DNA of 47,421 bases. Source: Aeromicrobium sp. GTDB lineage: Bacteria > Actinomycetota > Actinomycetes > Propionibacteriales > Nocardioidaceae. The stretch spans positions 1 through 47,421 of the forward strand of contig NZ_JBAVCB010000126.1 of the NCBI RefSeq assembly GCF_049586495.1, written 5' to 3'. The translations under genes and the position numbers were made by a program. A model generated the notes under the pieces. It saw only the letters and a program-made list of their open reading frames with translations. It did no database searches and was not told where the DNA came from. This document shows positions 30,989 to 42,820 of the stretch, one piece after another. How positions within the stretch are numbered: the first letter of the stretch is position 1; every line of letters starts with the position of its first letter.

Positions 30989-32700
30989 CCGCCCGAGGCG
31001 CAGCGAGAGGCCTTGCAGGTGCAGTCGCCGGACTGATGGTGATGGCCGGATGCGCCGCCATCCCCACCTCGGGGCCGGTCACCGAGGTGGTCGAGGACTC
31101 CGGCTTCGGCCAGAGCACGGTGCGGTACTCGCCAGCACTGCCCACGAACGGGGCGTCACCCGGTGAGGTGGTGCGCGGGTATCTCGACGCGATGCTGGCC
31201 TATCCGTCGTCGACCCGTACCGCGGCGGCGTTCCTGACGCCAGCCGCAGCCGATTCCTGGGAGCGCCAAAGCGGCGTGACCATCTATGCGGACGCGCAGT
31301 ACGCCACGCCACCCCAGGACGGGCGGTCTCGGGCGGACGTCGGCGAGACGACCAAGGTGGCGGTCGACGCGGCGGAGAAGGGACGCCTGGACACCCAAGG
31401 TCGCTATCAAACGGCCAGTGGCCGAACGAGCGTCGACTACCGCCTCGAGAAAGTCGACGGTCAGTGGCGCATCACCAACCCCCAGCCGGGGCTGATGGTC
31501 ACGGCAAGATTCTTCGAGGACTACTTTCGGCCGTTCAGCCTGTACTTCTTCGACCGACCGGCTCGGCGCCTCGTCCCGCAGCCGGTCCACGTGCTGGTCG
31601 AGGACGGTCTCGCTGCCGCGCTGATCACGGCGTTGGCACGAGGCGACGAGTCACAGCAGGTGCGGACCTTCGTGCCGTCTCTGGACGACCTACGAGCCAC
31701 GGTGCCGGTGGAGGGAGGCGTTGCCGACGTGGGCTTCACGGCGGGATCGCGTCAGTCAACCGATGTCGAGCACCTCTCGGCGCAGGTCGTGTGGACGCTG
31801 CGCCAGGTTCCCGATGTCAGCCGGGTCCGCATCTCGGTGGGGTCGAGCCCCGTCCGCCCCCGCAGCGTCGCCGAGCAGCCGGTCTCCAGCTGGGGGGAAT
31901 TCGGTGTCGGGCAGGGCGAGGGAACGGTGCGCGCGCTGATGGACAACAGTGTCGTCGAGGTGGACGGCGCCGACATCGCGCCGATCGCCCGCCGGTGGGG
32001 CGCGGATGCCGACGGAGCCACAGCGGTGGCCATGACCGACCAGCGGATCGCCCTGGTGGCCGGCAATCGCGCGTCGGTTCGCATCGCCGCACTCGATGGC
32101 GGCAACGAGCGAACTGTCGAGGGCACCTCGTTCATCGATCCCGTCTCGGACGTGGACGGGCAGATCTGGCTGGTCGACCGACCCGCCTCGGGGACGCGAA
32201 TCCGGGTCGTGGGCTCGGGTACGACGACCCTCGACGCTTCGTCTCTGAAGGGATTGAACGTCCGCAGCCTCGACATCTCGCCGGAGGCGGCCCGCTACGT
32301 CATCACGGTGGGAACAGGTGACGACGCCTCGGTCCGCGTCGGGCGGGTGGTTCGGGACGCCAAGGGGGCGTCCACGGGCCTGTCGACCCCTCGCCGGATC
32401 GGCGGCAATGCTGTGGGACCCAGCTCAGCTGTGTGGTCCGACGACGTGCGGGTCAGCTTCTTGGCGGAGACCGACACCGGCATCCAGATGCAGACCGCCC
32501 TGATCGACGGGTCCGGCGCTTCGGCCACCGGCGGTGCGTTGCTTCCTGCGGCTGACATCTCCGGTCTGGTCGTCGGATCCGGGCCGGGCGCCTCGACGTA
32601 CGCCACGGATCCGCGCGGCCGGTTGTGGTACCTGCGACCAAGCGGCAACTGGCAGCTGGTCGACGCCGACCCCATCCGCAGTCTGGGCAACAGCCGCTGA
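30985..32700 (+). CDS. lpqB: Lipoprotein LpqB (GerMN plus beta-propeller)
   Basis: Lipobox MAGC followed by AAIPTSGPV, GQWRI, LYFFD, AQVVWTL. ATGA overlap with mtrB. Confidence 0.88.
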   Translation: MTARGAARGLAGAVAGLMVMAGCAAIPTSGPVTEVVEDSGFGQSTVRYSPALPTNGASPGEVVRGYLDAMLAYPSSTRTAAAFLTPAAADSWERQSGVTIYADAQYATPPQDGRSRADVGETTKVAVDAAEKGRLDTQGRYQTASGRTSVDYRLEKVDGQWRITNPQPGLMVTARFFEDYFRPFSLYFFDRPARRLVPQPVHVLVEDGLAAALITALARGDESQQVRTFVPSLDDLRATVPVEGGVADVGFTAGSRQSTDVEHLSAQVVWTLRQVPDVSRVRISVGSSPVRPRSVAEQPVSSWGEFGVGQGEGTVRALMDNSVVEVDGADIAPIARRWGADADGATAVAMTDQRIALVAGNRASVRIAALDGGNERTVEGTSFIDPVSDVDGQIWLVDRPASGTRIRVVGSGTTTLDASSLKGLNVRSLDISPEAARYVITVGTGDDASVRVGRVVRDAKGASTGLSTPRRIGGNAVGPSSAVWSDDVRVSFLAETDTGIQMQTALIDGSGASATGGALLPAADISGLVVGSGPGASTYATDPRGRLWYLRPSGNWQLVDADPIRSLGNSR

Positions 32701-32759
32701 TCGTCCACAGGCGGCGCTGCCCGCCACGACGACAGGGAGGCGCCCCCCACGATGGTGTG

Positions 32760-33434
32760 GTGCGCACGCTCGTGGCAGCAGCCGATCTGTTGGTGGGCGC
32801 TGCATGTCCCGGCTGCGGGCATCCCGCCCTCGCGGTGTGTGCACGGTGCGCGCGAATCATGCGCCCCGATCCCCGCGCGGTCACCACGGTTGAGGCGGCC
32901 CACCACCTGCCGATCATGGCGGCCGGCCACCACAGCGGAGTCTTGCGCCGGGTCGTCGTCGACTGGAAGGAACGGGGCAGATTTCCGCTCACCGAGATTC
33001 TGGCCCACCACCTTGCCGCTGCCGTCGCGGCTGCAGCGGCCGACCACGACGAGATCGCGCTGATACCCGTACCCACCTCGTGGGTGGCGCGGTGGCGTCG
33101 CGGCGACGACCTCGTGCTCTCCTTGGCCCGGGCAACCGCCGCGCGTCTCGACGCAGTCGGGCACCGCGTCACGGTGCATCCGGTGCTCCGGCGAACGCGT
33201 CGCACGGTCGATCAGGTCGGACTGGGGGCCGGTGACCGGGCGCGCAATCTGCATGGCGCCTTCGCGCTGGATCGGCAGCGGCTGCCGGCCCACACACCCC
33301 TGGTGATGGTCGATGACATCGTCACCACCGGGTCGACTCTGGCCGAGGCTGCGCGTGCCCTCGCGGTCCGGGGATGGGGTGTCCACGGTGCGGCCACAGT
33401 GGCCGCCACACCGTGGCTGCGTACCACTGGCTAA
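32760..33434 (+). CDS. comF: ComF family protein (zinc ribbon plus phosphoribosyltransferase)
   Basis: CPGC..CARC, WKERG, DQVGL..RARNL, VDDIVTTGSTL. Confidence 0.85.
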   Translation: MRTLVAAADLLVGAACPGCGHPALAVCARCARIMRPDPRAVTTVEAAHHLPIMAAGHHSGVLRRVVVDWKERGRFPLTEILAHHLAAAVAAAAADHDEIALIPVPTSWVARWRRGDDLVLSLARATAARLDAVGHRVTVHPVLRRTRRTVDQVGLGAGDRARNLHGAFALDRQRLPAHTPLVMVDDIVTTGSTLAEAARALAVRGWGVHGAATVAATPWLRTTG

Positions 33435-33511
33435 TCCCCCGCTTCGGGGCTACCGTCGGCTCATGGCATGAGGCGCGTGTGACAACGCGGACACTACCCG
33501 AGGGAGTTCCC

Positions 33512-34135
33512 ATGGAAATTGTCGTCAACGGTCGCAACAGCGAGATCTCAGAGCGTTTTCGAGAGCACGTCCAGGAGAAGCTTCACCGGATCGACAAGTA
33601 CGACGCCCGCCAGAAGATCCACCGCGTCGAGGTCGAGGTCACGCATGAGAAGAACCCTCGTCAACACGAGACCGCCGCGCGCGTCGAGATGACGTTGCGC
33701 TCCGGCGGCCCGGCCGTGCGCGCCGAGGCTGCGTCCACCGACCAGCACTCCGCACTGGACGCTGCGATCGACAAGCTGGAGTCTCGGCTGCGTCGCACCA
33801 ACGACCGCCTGCGCACGCACCAGCGCAAGCACAGCCCGCAGTCGCTCGCTGCGGCGACGGCAGACTTGCCGGTCGCATCGCTTGGGGAGGGCAGTGCCCC
33901 AGCCGAGGACGAACCAATTCCCGTGGGTATCGAATCTGAGGGCGACTGCCCCGTGGTCGTGCGCGAGAAGACGCACGAGGCGCAGGCCATGACCTTGGAC
34001 CAGGCGCTGTACGAGATGGAGCTGGTCGGCCACGACTTCTTCTTGTTCGTGGAGAAGGATTCGATGCGGCCCAGCGTGGTCTATCTGCGCAAGGGATACG
34101 ACTACGGCGTGATCCACCTCGACGTGAGTGAGTGA
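33512..34135 (+). CDS. hpf: Ribosome hibernation promoting factor, long form
   Basis: MEIVVNGRN..EKNPRQ..VVREKTH..MTLDQALYEMELVGHDFFLF. SD GAGGGAG. Confidence 0.93.
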   Translation: MEIVVNGRNSEISERFREHVQEKLHRIDKYDARQKIHRVEVEVTHEKNPRQHETAARVEMTLRSGGPAVRAEAASTDQHSALDAAIDKLESRLRRTNDRLRTHQRKHSPQSLAAATADLPVASLGEGSAPAEDEPIPVGIESEGDCPVVVREKTHEAQAMTLDQALYEMELVGHDFFLFVEKDSMRPSVVYLRKGYDYGVIHLDVSE

Positions 34136-34196
34136 CACGCCGTGCGGTCGAACGCCACGACCGGCTGAGAAAGGCAGTCTCTGGCATGATCGCCAT

Positions 34197-34859
34197 GTGT
34201 CTGCAGTCTCTGGAAGCATCCGAGTCCTCCTGGTTGATGACCAAGAACTCTTCCGACGTGGCGTCAAGATGGTCCTCGGGGCCGACGACGACCTCGAGCT
34301 GGAGGAGTGCGACGACGGCGATACTGCCCTCAAGCTCGTAGCCGACCACCCCTTCGACATCGTGCTGCTCGACGTGCGCATGCCGGGTCGCAGCGGCGTC
34401 GAGACCTGTGCAGCGATCAAGGAGATCGCGCCCACGACCGGCATCATCATGCTCACCGCCAGCGATGAGGAATCCGACCTCTATGAGTCCATTCGCAGCG
34501 GAGCGTCGGGGTACCTGCTCAAGGACGGTTCCACGTACGACCAGGTGGCCGAGGCCGTCCGGCTGGTGGCATCCGGCCAGTCGCTGATCAGCCCGAGCAT
34601 GGCCACGAAGCTGCTCGATGAGTTCGTCACGATGTCCAAGAGCCCGGCTCCGGCCACCAATCTCACGCCCCGCGAGCTCGGCGTCCTGCGCCACGTGGCC
34701 CGGGGCATGAGCAACCGCGAGATCGCCGAGGAGCTGTTCATCAGCGAGAACACGGTCAAGAACCACATCCGCAACATCTTGGAGAAGCTGCAGATGAAGT
34801 CACGCATGGAGGCGGCCATGTTCGCCGTCCGCAGCAAGCTGGTTGACGACATGCCGTGA
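34197..34859 (+). CDS. NarL/LuxR-family response regulator with no adjacent cognate kinase
   Basis: VLLVDDQELFRRG, LLDVRMP, GASGYLLK, LTPRE..SNREIA..ISENTVKNHIRNILEKL. Confidence 0.92.
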   Translation: MSAVSGSIRVLLVDDQELFRRGVKMVLGADDDLELEECDDGDTALKLVADHPFDIVLLDVRMPGRSGVETCAAIKEIAPTTGIIMLTASDEESDLYESIRSGASGYLLKDGSTYDQVAEAVRLVASGQSLISPSMATKLLDEFVTMSKSPAPATNLTPRELGVLRHVARGMSNREIAEELFISENTVKNHIRNILEKLQMKSRMEAAMFAVRSKLVDDMP

Positions 34860-36064
34860 CGCTCACCGTCACCCAGGCCCGCAGGATCGCGTTGGCCGCG
34901 CAAGGATTCACCCGCCCGCGCCCCGGCGCTCATGGCCGCACCGTCGCCGCCGCCCATCTCAACGAAACGATCAGCCGTCTGGGCTTCTTCCAGATCGATT
35001 CGGTCAACGTGCTGGCGCGGGCCCACTACATGCCGCTGTTCTCGCGGAAGGGTGCGTACGACCGCGATCTGCTGCACCGCGCCGCCGGCCGCGCGCCGCG
35101 GCGACTGTTCGAGTACTGGGCGCACGTGGCGGCTCTGGTGGACGTGCAGCTCTGGCCGGCGATGCAGCACCGCATGGCATCTGGACACGGCATGTGGGGC
35201 GGCATGCAACGGATCGGGCGGGACCATCCCGCGCTGGTCGAACGCGTGTACCGCGACGTGGTGGAGCGCGGGCCCGTGACGGCCCGGCAGATCGAGATCG
35301 ACACCGAGCGCGATCGCAGCAGCTGGGGCTGGAACTGGTCCGAGGCCAAGGTGGCACTGGAGCACCTGTTCTACGTCGGGCGCATCACCTCGGCACGCCG
35401 CAACAGTCAGTTCGAGCGCGAGTACGACCTGCCCGAGCGGGTGATCCCCGCCGACGTCCTGGCCCGGCCGGCGCTCGACCACGACGCCGCGCATGTGGCG
35501 CTGGTCGAGCACGCGGCCCGTGCCCTCGGGGTGGGAACCGCGCAGTGCTTCAACGACTACTTCCGCCTGGCGCCGGAGCCGGGCCGGCATGCCCTCGAGG
35601 CGCTGCTCGCTGACGGAACGCTCGAGCCCGTGAGCATCGCCGGGTGGAAGCGCCCGGCCTACCGACATCGCGACTCGGTGCTGCCTCGTCAGGTGCGGGC
35701 CCGCGCCCTGCTCAGCCCCTTCGACCCCCTCGTCTTCGAGCGCACGCGCACCGAGAAGCTCTTCGACTTCCGCTACCGCATCGAGATCTACGTGCCCGAG
35801 GCCAAGCGGGTGCACGGGTACTACGTGCTGCCGTTCCTCCTCGGCGATCGCCTCGTGGCCCGGGTGGATCTGAAGGCGGATCGGTCCGAGCGCCGACTGA
35901 TCGTGCACGGCGCCTGGGCCGAGTCACACGCACCCGACGACACCGCCGACCATCTCGCCGACGAGCTTCACCTGATGGCCAATTGGCTCGGGCTGGACAC
36001 CGTGTCGGCGCCGACGAAGGGCGACCTGGCCGCTGGACTCACGTCTGTTCTGGCGCGTCGCTAG
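34856..36064 (+). CDS. YcaQ/AlkZ-like (HTH_42) winged-helix DNA crosslink glycosylase
   Basis: QID (QxD) motif in [48 protein letters not shown]. Confidence 0.85.
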   Translation: MTLTVTQARRIALAAQGFTRPRPGAHGRTVAAAHLNETISRLGFFQIDSVNVLARAHYMPLFSRKGAYDRDLLHRAAGRAPRRLFEYWAHVAALVDVQLWPAMQHRMASGHGMWGGMQRIGRDHPALVERVYRDVVERGPVTARQIEIDTERDRSSWGWNWSEAKVALEHLFYVGRITSARRNSQFEREYDLPERVIPADVLARPALDHDAAHVALVEHAARALGVGTAQCFNDYFRLAPEPGRHALEALLADGTLEPVSIAGWKRPAYRHRDSVLPRQVRARALLSPFDPLVFERTRTEKLFDFRYRIEIYVPEAKRVHGYYVLPFLLGDRLVARVDLKADRSERRLIVHGAWAESHAPDDTADHLADELHLMANWLGLDTVSAPTKGDLAAGLTSVLARR

Positions 36065-36105
36065 ACTGGCGAGGCTCCACCCCCACATCTTCAGGAAGTC
36101 ATCGA

Positions 36106-38857
<2,752 letters not shown>

Positions 38858-38859
<2 letters not shown>

Positions 38860-38998
38860 GACCGAGGCGGCGAAGCCGCCCGGAAGCGAGGCGTGGCGAG
38901 GTCGAGTGCTTCAGCGAGCCCTCGAGGTGAGGGACGCCTCGGCCTCGTTCCTCGGCCTCACGGTCGCTACGCTCCCTGGCGAGCGGGCGGTTGCGCCC
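38858..38998. repeat. Multi-hairpin intergenic element (REP-like and/or bidirectional terminator) between convergent secA and Rv3235-like gene
   Basis: GGCGGC-GAA-GCCGCC (38866-80), CCCTC-N5-GAGGG (38919-33), GGGCG-GTTG-CGCCC (38985-98). Long-range IR GAGACCGAGGCG / CGCCTCGGCCTC. Confidence 0.6.
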
Positions 38999-39016
38999 AT
39001 TCCAGGACAGAATCGT

Positions 39017-39502
39017 CTACGCCCACTCCAGGGCGGTACACCTCCAGACCATCTCGCCGCGGTGGGTGGGCTGCGGTTCGAGGCGCACCGCGATCGCACG
39101 TGAGCGATTGCGGTGCACCATGCGTGCCGCGACCTCGGCGACCTGGTCGTCGACCATCGACACGTGGACGCTGACCAGACGAGCGGCGCTGCGTCCACCT
39201 GATCGAGCCACGGCGGCTTGCGCGCTGAGATGCAGGCGACGCTGCAGGTCGGTGTAGACATCGGGCGACATCCAGGCCGCCATCTGTCGAGCTGGTCGCT
39301 CACCCGACAACACCTCGATCAGCGCCTGCATGAATCGTGCACATCGATGCCGCAACGCCCCGGCGTCGCCTCGTTCGATCGGCACGGGAAGCACCGGAGC
39401 GATTCCGGGGAACGGCAGCGGGATCTGGGTGTCGATGACCTCGATGGTGGATCCCCAGGAGGGTGCGGGACGAGCGGCGGCGAGCGCGTGGGCAGTCTTC
39501 AT
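39017..39502 (-). CDS. Rv3235 family (DUF6459-like) protein
   Basis: QALIEVLSGERPARQM..EVAARM..RSRAIAVRLE..WRCTALE. Confidence 0.85.
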   Translation of the reverse strand: MKTAHALAAARPAPSWGSTIEVIDTQIPLPFPGIAPVLPVPIERGDAGALRHRCARFMQALIEVLSGERPARQMAAWMSPDVYTDLQRRLHLSAQAAVARSGGRSAARLVSVHVSMVDDQVAEVAARMVHRNRSRAIAVRLEPQPTHRGEMVWRCTALEWA

Positions 39503-40065
39503 GGTGCGTCCTGATCGTGAGTGGCCGGGTCGGTCGTGGGCGGGAGAGCGAGGTCCTGCCCGGGGACGATGTGATCGGGGTCGGGCCCGATGACGTGGCG
39601 GTTGGTGGCGTACCAGCGAGCGGAGGAGCTGGCGATGTCGGCGGCCGAGCTGTGGTCGGGCAGGTGATCGGCGGCGATGCCCCACAGCGTGTCGCCTGGG
39701 TTCACGGTGACCGTCGACGTGGCGCGGACCATCATGGGCCGGTCGGGCAGGATGAGACCCTGGAGATCGCGTGCGGACTCTGCCTGGGCGGGGCTGGATA
39801 CACCCGCGACGATCACGGTCGTGAACAGCATGGCGCCCACCCGCGTCGAAGCTCCGGGCACCGGCAGATGGGCCAGGCCGGTGAGGATCACGAGCAGGGC
39901 CCAGCAGGCCACGCCGAGCGAACCCAGGTGGACGGCGCCTCGCGCAGCGGCCGGAAAGTCGTCGCCGCGGACCAGGGCGACTGCGGTTCTCGCGCCGGGG
40001 GCCGTGGCGACGACCATCAGCACGGCGGCGATGCCGGCGAGTCGTCCTGCGGCGGTGAGCCTCAT
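39499..40065 (-). CDS. Membrane protein with C-terminal LysM domain
   Basis: Hydrophobic N-terminal segments, LPDRP, VTVNPGDTLWGIA..WYATNRHVIGPDPDHIVPGQDL. Confidence 0.88.
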   Translation of the reverse strand: MRLTAAGRLAGIAAVLMVVATAPGARTAVALVRGDDFPAAARGAVHLGSLGVACWALLVILTGLAHLPVPGASTRVGAMLFTTVIVAGVSSPAQAESARDLQGLILPDRPMMVRATSTVTVNPGDTLWGIAADHLPDHSSAADIASSSARWYATNRHVIGPDPDHIVPGQDLALPPTTDPATHDQDAP

Positions 40066-40079
40066 GCATCCCCCGATGC

Positions 40080-40105
40080 TTTGAAGACGTTTGAAGACGT
40101 TTGAC
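40080..40105. promoter_or_regulatory. AT-rich 10-bp-periodic direct repeat TTTGAAGACG-TTTGAAGACG-TTTGAC, candidate operator
   Basis: Read directly. Lies between the divergent LysM and hypothetical genes, downstream of a TTGACG -35-like hexamer on the minus strand (40129-40134). Confidence 0.6.
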
Positions 40106-40171
40106 ACCATTTCAGGACGTTGTGCACACGTCAAGCATGCGGGTCGATCGCTGTGGGATACCGTGCGTCAC

Positions 40172-40675
40172 ATGCGGTGGGACCGGCTGTTTGCCGACCT
40201 CGAGGCCGAGGTGAGCGAGATCCAGAAGGCTGAGACGGAGGGTCTGGCGGCCGATCTGCGCGACGAGATCTGGGCCGGCACGTCGTGGCGCGATCTGGTG
40301 GGCGGACACGTGCTGCTCGAGGTCAGGGGGGCAGGTCAGATCGCCGGCGAGATGGCTGCGGTGAACGAGCACCTCGTCCGGGTGCGCGGCACGCTGGTCG
40401 ATCACCTGGTCGCTGGCCGGTCGGTCACATCGGTTTTGAAGACCGAGCGCCGCGCCGATCCACCGAGCCGCATCGATGCGGCCCTCGGTTGGTCGCGAGC
40501 CCTGCGCCGACTGCGTGACGGAGGAGAACCGGTGCGAGTCGTGCTGGAAGACGGCCGTGCCGTCCACGGCGCAATCGAGGTCGTGGGTGCTGACTTCGTG
40601 CGACTGGTCGCCGGAGATGCGGCACCTCGCCTCGTGACGCTGTCCGCGATCTCCGTGGTCACCTCAGGACGGTGA
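40172..40675 (+). CDS. Conserved actinobacterial hypothetical protein (MRWDRLFADLEA...)
   Basis: N-terminal helix and two small beta-rich modules (G..G.I..VG.DFV.L). TACCGT 7 nt upstream of ATG. Confidence 0.75.
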   Translation: MRWDRLFADLEAEVSEIQKAETEGLAADLRDEIWAGTSWRDLVGGHVLLEVRGAGQIAGEMAAVNEHLVRVRGTLVDHLVAGRSVTSVLKTERRADPPSRIDAALGWSRALRRLRDGGEPVRVVLEDGRAVHGAIEVVGADFVRLVAGDAAPRLVTLSAISVVTSGR

Positions 40676-40888
40676 GTCCTGCTCCTCGGTGAGGGCGGCG
40701 TTGGCGCGGGCGTACTGGCGCTCGATGTAGCACTCCAGCTCGCTGTTCTCGATGCGCCACTGGCCCCGACCGCCGATCTGGATGCCGCGCAGGTCGCCCG
40801 ATCGCACCAACGCATACACCTGGCGCACCGTCACGTTGAGCACCTCGGCGACGTCGGGAAGCGTGAGAAATCGGGGTGTCGCTGGCAT
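40664..40888 (-). CDS. Small HTH_17 (excisionase/BldC-like) DNA-binding protein
   Basis: RFLTLPDVAEVLNVTVRQVYALVRSGDLRGIQIGGRGQWRI. Confidence 0.88.
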   Translation of the reverse strand: MPATPRFLTLPDVAEVLNVTVRQVYALVRSGDLRGIQIGGRGQWRIENSELECYIERQYARANAALTEEQDSPS

Positions 40889-40999
40889 GGCAGCAGTCTG
40901 GCACGAGCCGGTGTCACTCCCGTCGAGCCATCCGGTCGCCTTGTGGACAGCGGGCGATGGGTACTGGACGACAGGCCGCCCGCGCGGTAGAACCGTGGC

Positions 41000-41662
41000 A
41001 TGAAGAACTGGCGGGGGGCCGGGGAGTCGGGCGTGCGAGCAGACCGACTACACGTGAGGCCGTGGACGGATCCGCGACTGCTGCTCGGGGTGCTGCTGGT
41101 GCTGGGCGCCACCGCACTCGGGGCCCGACTGGTCGCGCTGAACGACAACACCACCGCATACTGGAGCGTCGTGCGCGACGTCAGAGCCGGCGAGACGCTC
41201 AGCTCTGATCAGCTGGTCTCGAGCCCGGTACGACTCGACGGCGCCGCGGCTGACCGCTACCTGCGCGTCGACGAGAACTTGCCGGCTGCGATGGCTGATC
41301 TGCAGTGGGATCGCGACGTCTCGGCCGGATCGCTGCTTGATGCCAGCGCACTCACGCGTCGCGACAGCCAGGCGGTGCGCCAGCTGCCGATCACGGTGAT
41401 CGAGGGGGCCTCACCCGACGACCTGAGTCGCGGCGACCGAGTTGAGGTCTGGGTCGGGCCCGGCACGCAGGACGAGGCCCAGAGCCCGTCGGTCAGGGTG
41501 CTGGGGCCCGTGCGAGTCCTGCGCTCAGGTGCAGACGCAGAAGAGTCGCTCGGAGGCTCGTTGGCGCGGACCTTGCTGGTCGAGGTGCCAGTCGCAGCAT
41601 TGACCGGGAAGGTCGTCACGACGGTGGCTTCGGGCCGAGTCACGATCGTCCGGGTGTCGTAG
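41000..41662 (+). CDS. SAF-domain / RcpC-CpaB-like membrane-anchored protein
   Basis: RPWTDPRLLLGVLLVLG TM, RDVRAGETLSSDQL (SAF), RDVSAGSLL, LSRGDRVEVWV. Confidence 0.72.
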   Translation: MKNWRGAGESGVRADRLHVRPWTDPRLLLGVLLVLGATALGARLVALNDNTTAYWSVVRDVRAGETLSSDQLVSSPVRLDGAAADRYLRVDENLPAAMADLQWDRDVSAGSLLDASALTRRDSQAVRQLPITVIEGASPDDLSRGDRVEVWVGPGTQDEAQSPSVRVLGPVRVLRSGADAEESLGGSLARTLLVEVPVAALTGKVVTTVASGRVTIVRVS

Positions 41663-42783
41663 TGGACGTTGTTCTTGCCGCGGGTGGGGCGCCGTGGGAG
41701 GCGCAGGTGCTGGCCCAGCTCGAGCGATCCACGGCCTTGCGGCTGAGTCGTCGCTGTGTCGACCTGGCGGACCTGCTCGCCGTGATCGGCACGGATCTCG
41801 CCCAGGTGGCGTTGGTGTCGGCCCAGCTGCCGGGACTCGACCTGGACGTCGTCGACCGACTCTCGCGATCCGGCGTCCGGGTCGTCGCTGTGGAAGCCAC
41901 GACCGACCAGACCGCGCGACTCGGTCTGGGACGGTCGTTCGGAGTCGAAGACCTCGATCAGGTGGCGGACCTCGATCAGACCGTGCGGTCGGAGCCGGCG
42001 GCGATGGCGCCACTCATCGCCGTGTGGGGCCCGCCCGGGGCCCCGGGTCGTAGCTCGATCGCGCTCGCCGTGGCGTCAGCGCTGGCGGCGCGGGGGACCG
42101 ACACCGTGCTGGTCGATGCCGACGTCGACGGAGGTGCGCAGGCGCAGATGTTGGGCGTCCTCGGCGACGTATCGGGCCTGGTCGCGGCCTGCCGTGGCGC
42201 CAACCAGGGCCGGGTCGAGGACGCCGACCGGCACGCCGAGATCGTCGAGCCTCGCCTGCGGTTGCTCAGCGGTCTGCCGCGAGCCGACATGTGGTCACAG
42301 ATTCGTTCGAACGCCTTCGAGCTCGTGCTCGCCCGGTTGGCCGAGAGGTCCGACGCCGTGGTCGTCGACTGCGGTCATGGCATCGAGGCCGGGTCGACCG
42401 CCACGACGGCCCGGCACCAGACCACGATCTCGGTGCTGGAGCGCGCTGACGAGATCGTGGTGGTCGGTCGAGCCGAACCGCTGGGCCTCACCCGGCTGGT
42501 GCGAGCGCTGCACGACCTGTCCGGAGTGGCTGCCAGACGAACCCCCCGCGTGTTGGTCAACATGACGCGCCGCACGCTCGGCTGGTCCGACCGTGAGGTC
42601 GACGCCACGCTCGCGCGGCTCACCGGAGTCACGCCTCAGGCGCACCTGCCGTTCGACCAAGTCGTGTGGGATGCCGCGGCCCTCGCTGGCAGGACGCCAC
42701 GTGCTGCGGCGCCGTCCTCGCCCTTCGTCGCGCGGGTCGAGGCCTTCGCCTCAAGCCTCGCCGCCCAGTCAGGGCGCGGGTGA
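41662..42783 (+). CDS. CpaE/TadZ/MinD-like P-loop protein with N-terminal receiver-like domain
   Basis: IAVWGPPGAPGRSSIA (deviant Walker A), LVDADVDGG, VVVDCG. One-base overlap with the SAF gene. Confidence 0.8.
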   Translation: MDVVLAAGGAPWEAQVLAQLERSTALRLSRRCVDLADLLAVIGTDLAQVALVSAQLPGLDLDVVDRLSRSGVRVVAVEATTDQTARLGLGRSFGVEDLDQVADLDQTVRSEPAAMAPLIAVWGPPGAPGRSSIALAVASALAARGTDTVLVDADVDGGAQAQMLGVLGDVSGLVAACRGANQGRVEDADRHAEIVEPRLRLLSGLPRADMWSQIRSNAFELVLARLAERSDAVVVDCGHGIEAGSTATTARHQTTISVLERADEIVVVGRAEPLGLTRLVRALHDLSGVAARRTPRVLVNMTRRTLGWSDREVDATLARLTGVTPQAHLPFDQVVWDAAALAGRTPRAAAPSSPFVARVEAFASSLAAQSGRG

Positions 42784-42820
42784 CCGGGTGGTAACTTCGT
42801 CGCACAGACCAAGGAGTGCG

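Noticed and set aside
35644..36105. N-terminal extensions in the ORF track for secA (likewise the alditol oxidase, TIGR03089, WS/DGAT, Rv3235 and DUF3499)
   Set aside because: They overlap neighbouring genes and lack family similarity. Downstream starts have SD or -10 support.
40664..40888. Excisionase-like HTH as evidence of a prophage or ICE
   Set aside because: No integrase, att-like repeats, tRNA or compositional shift. Better explained as a chromosomal BldC-like regulator.
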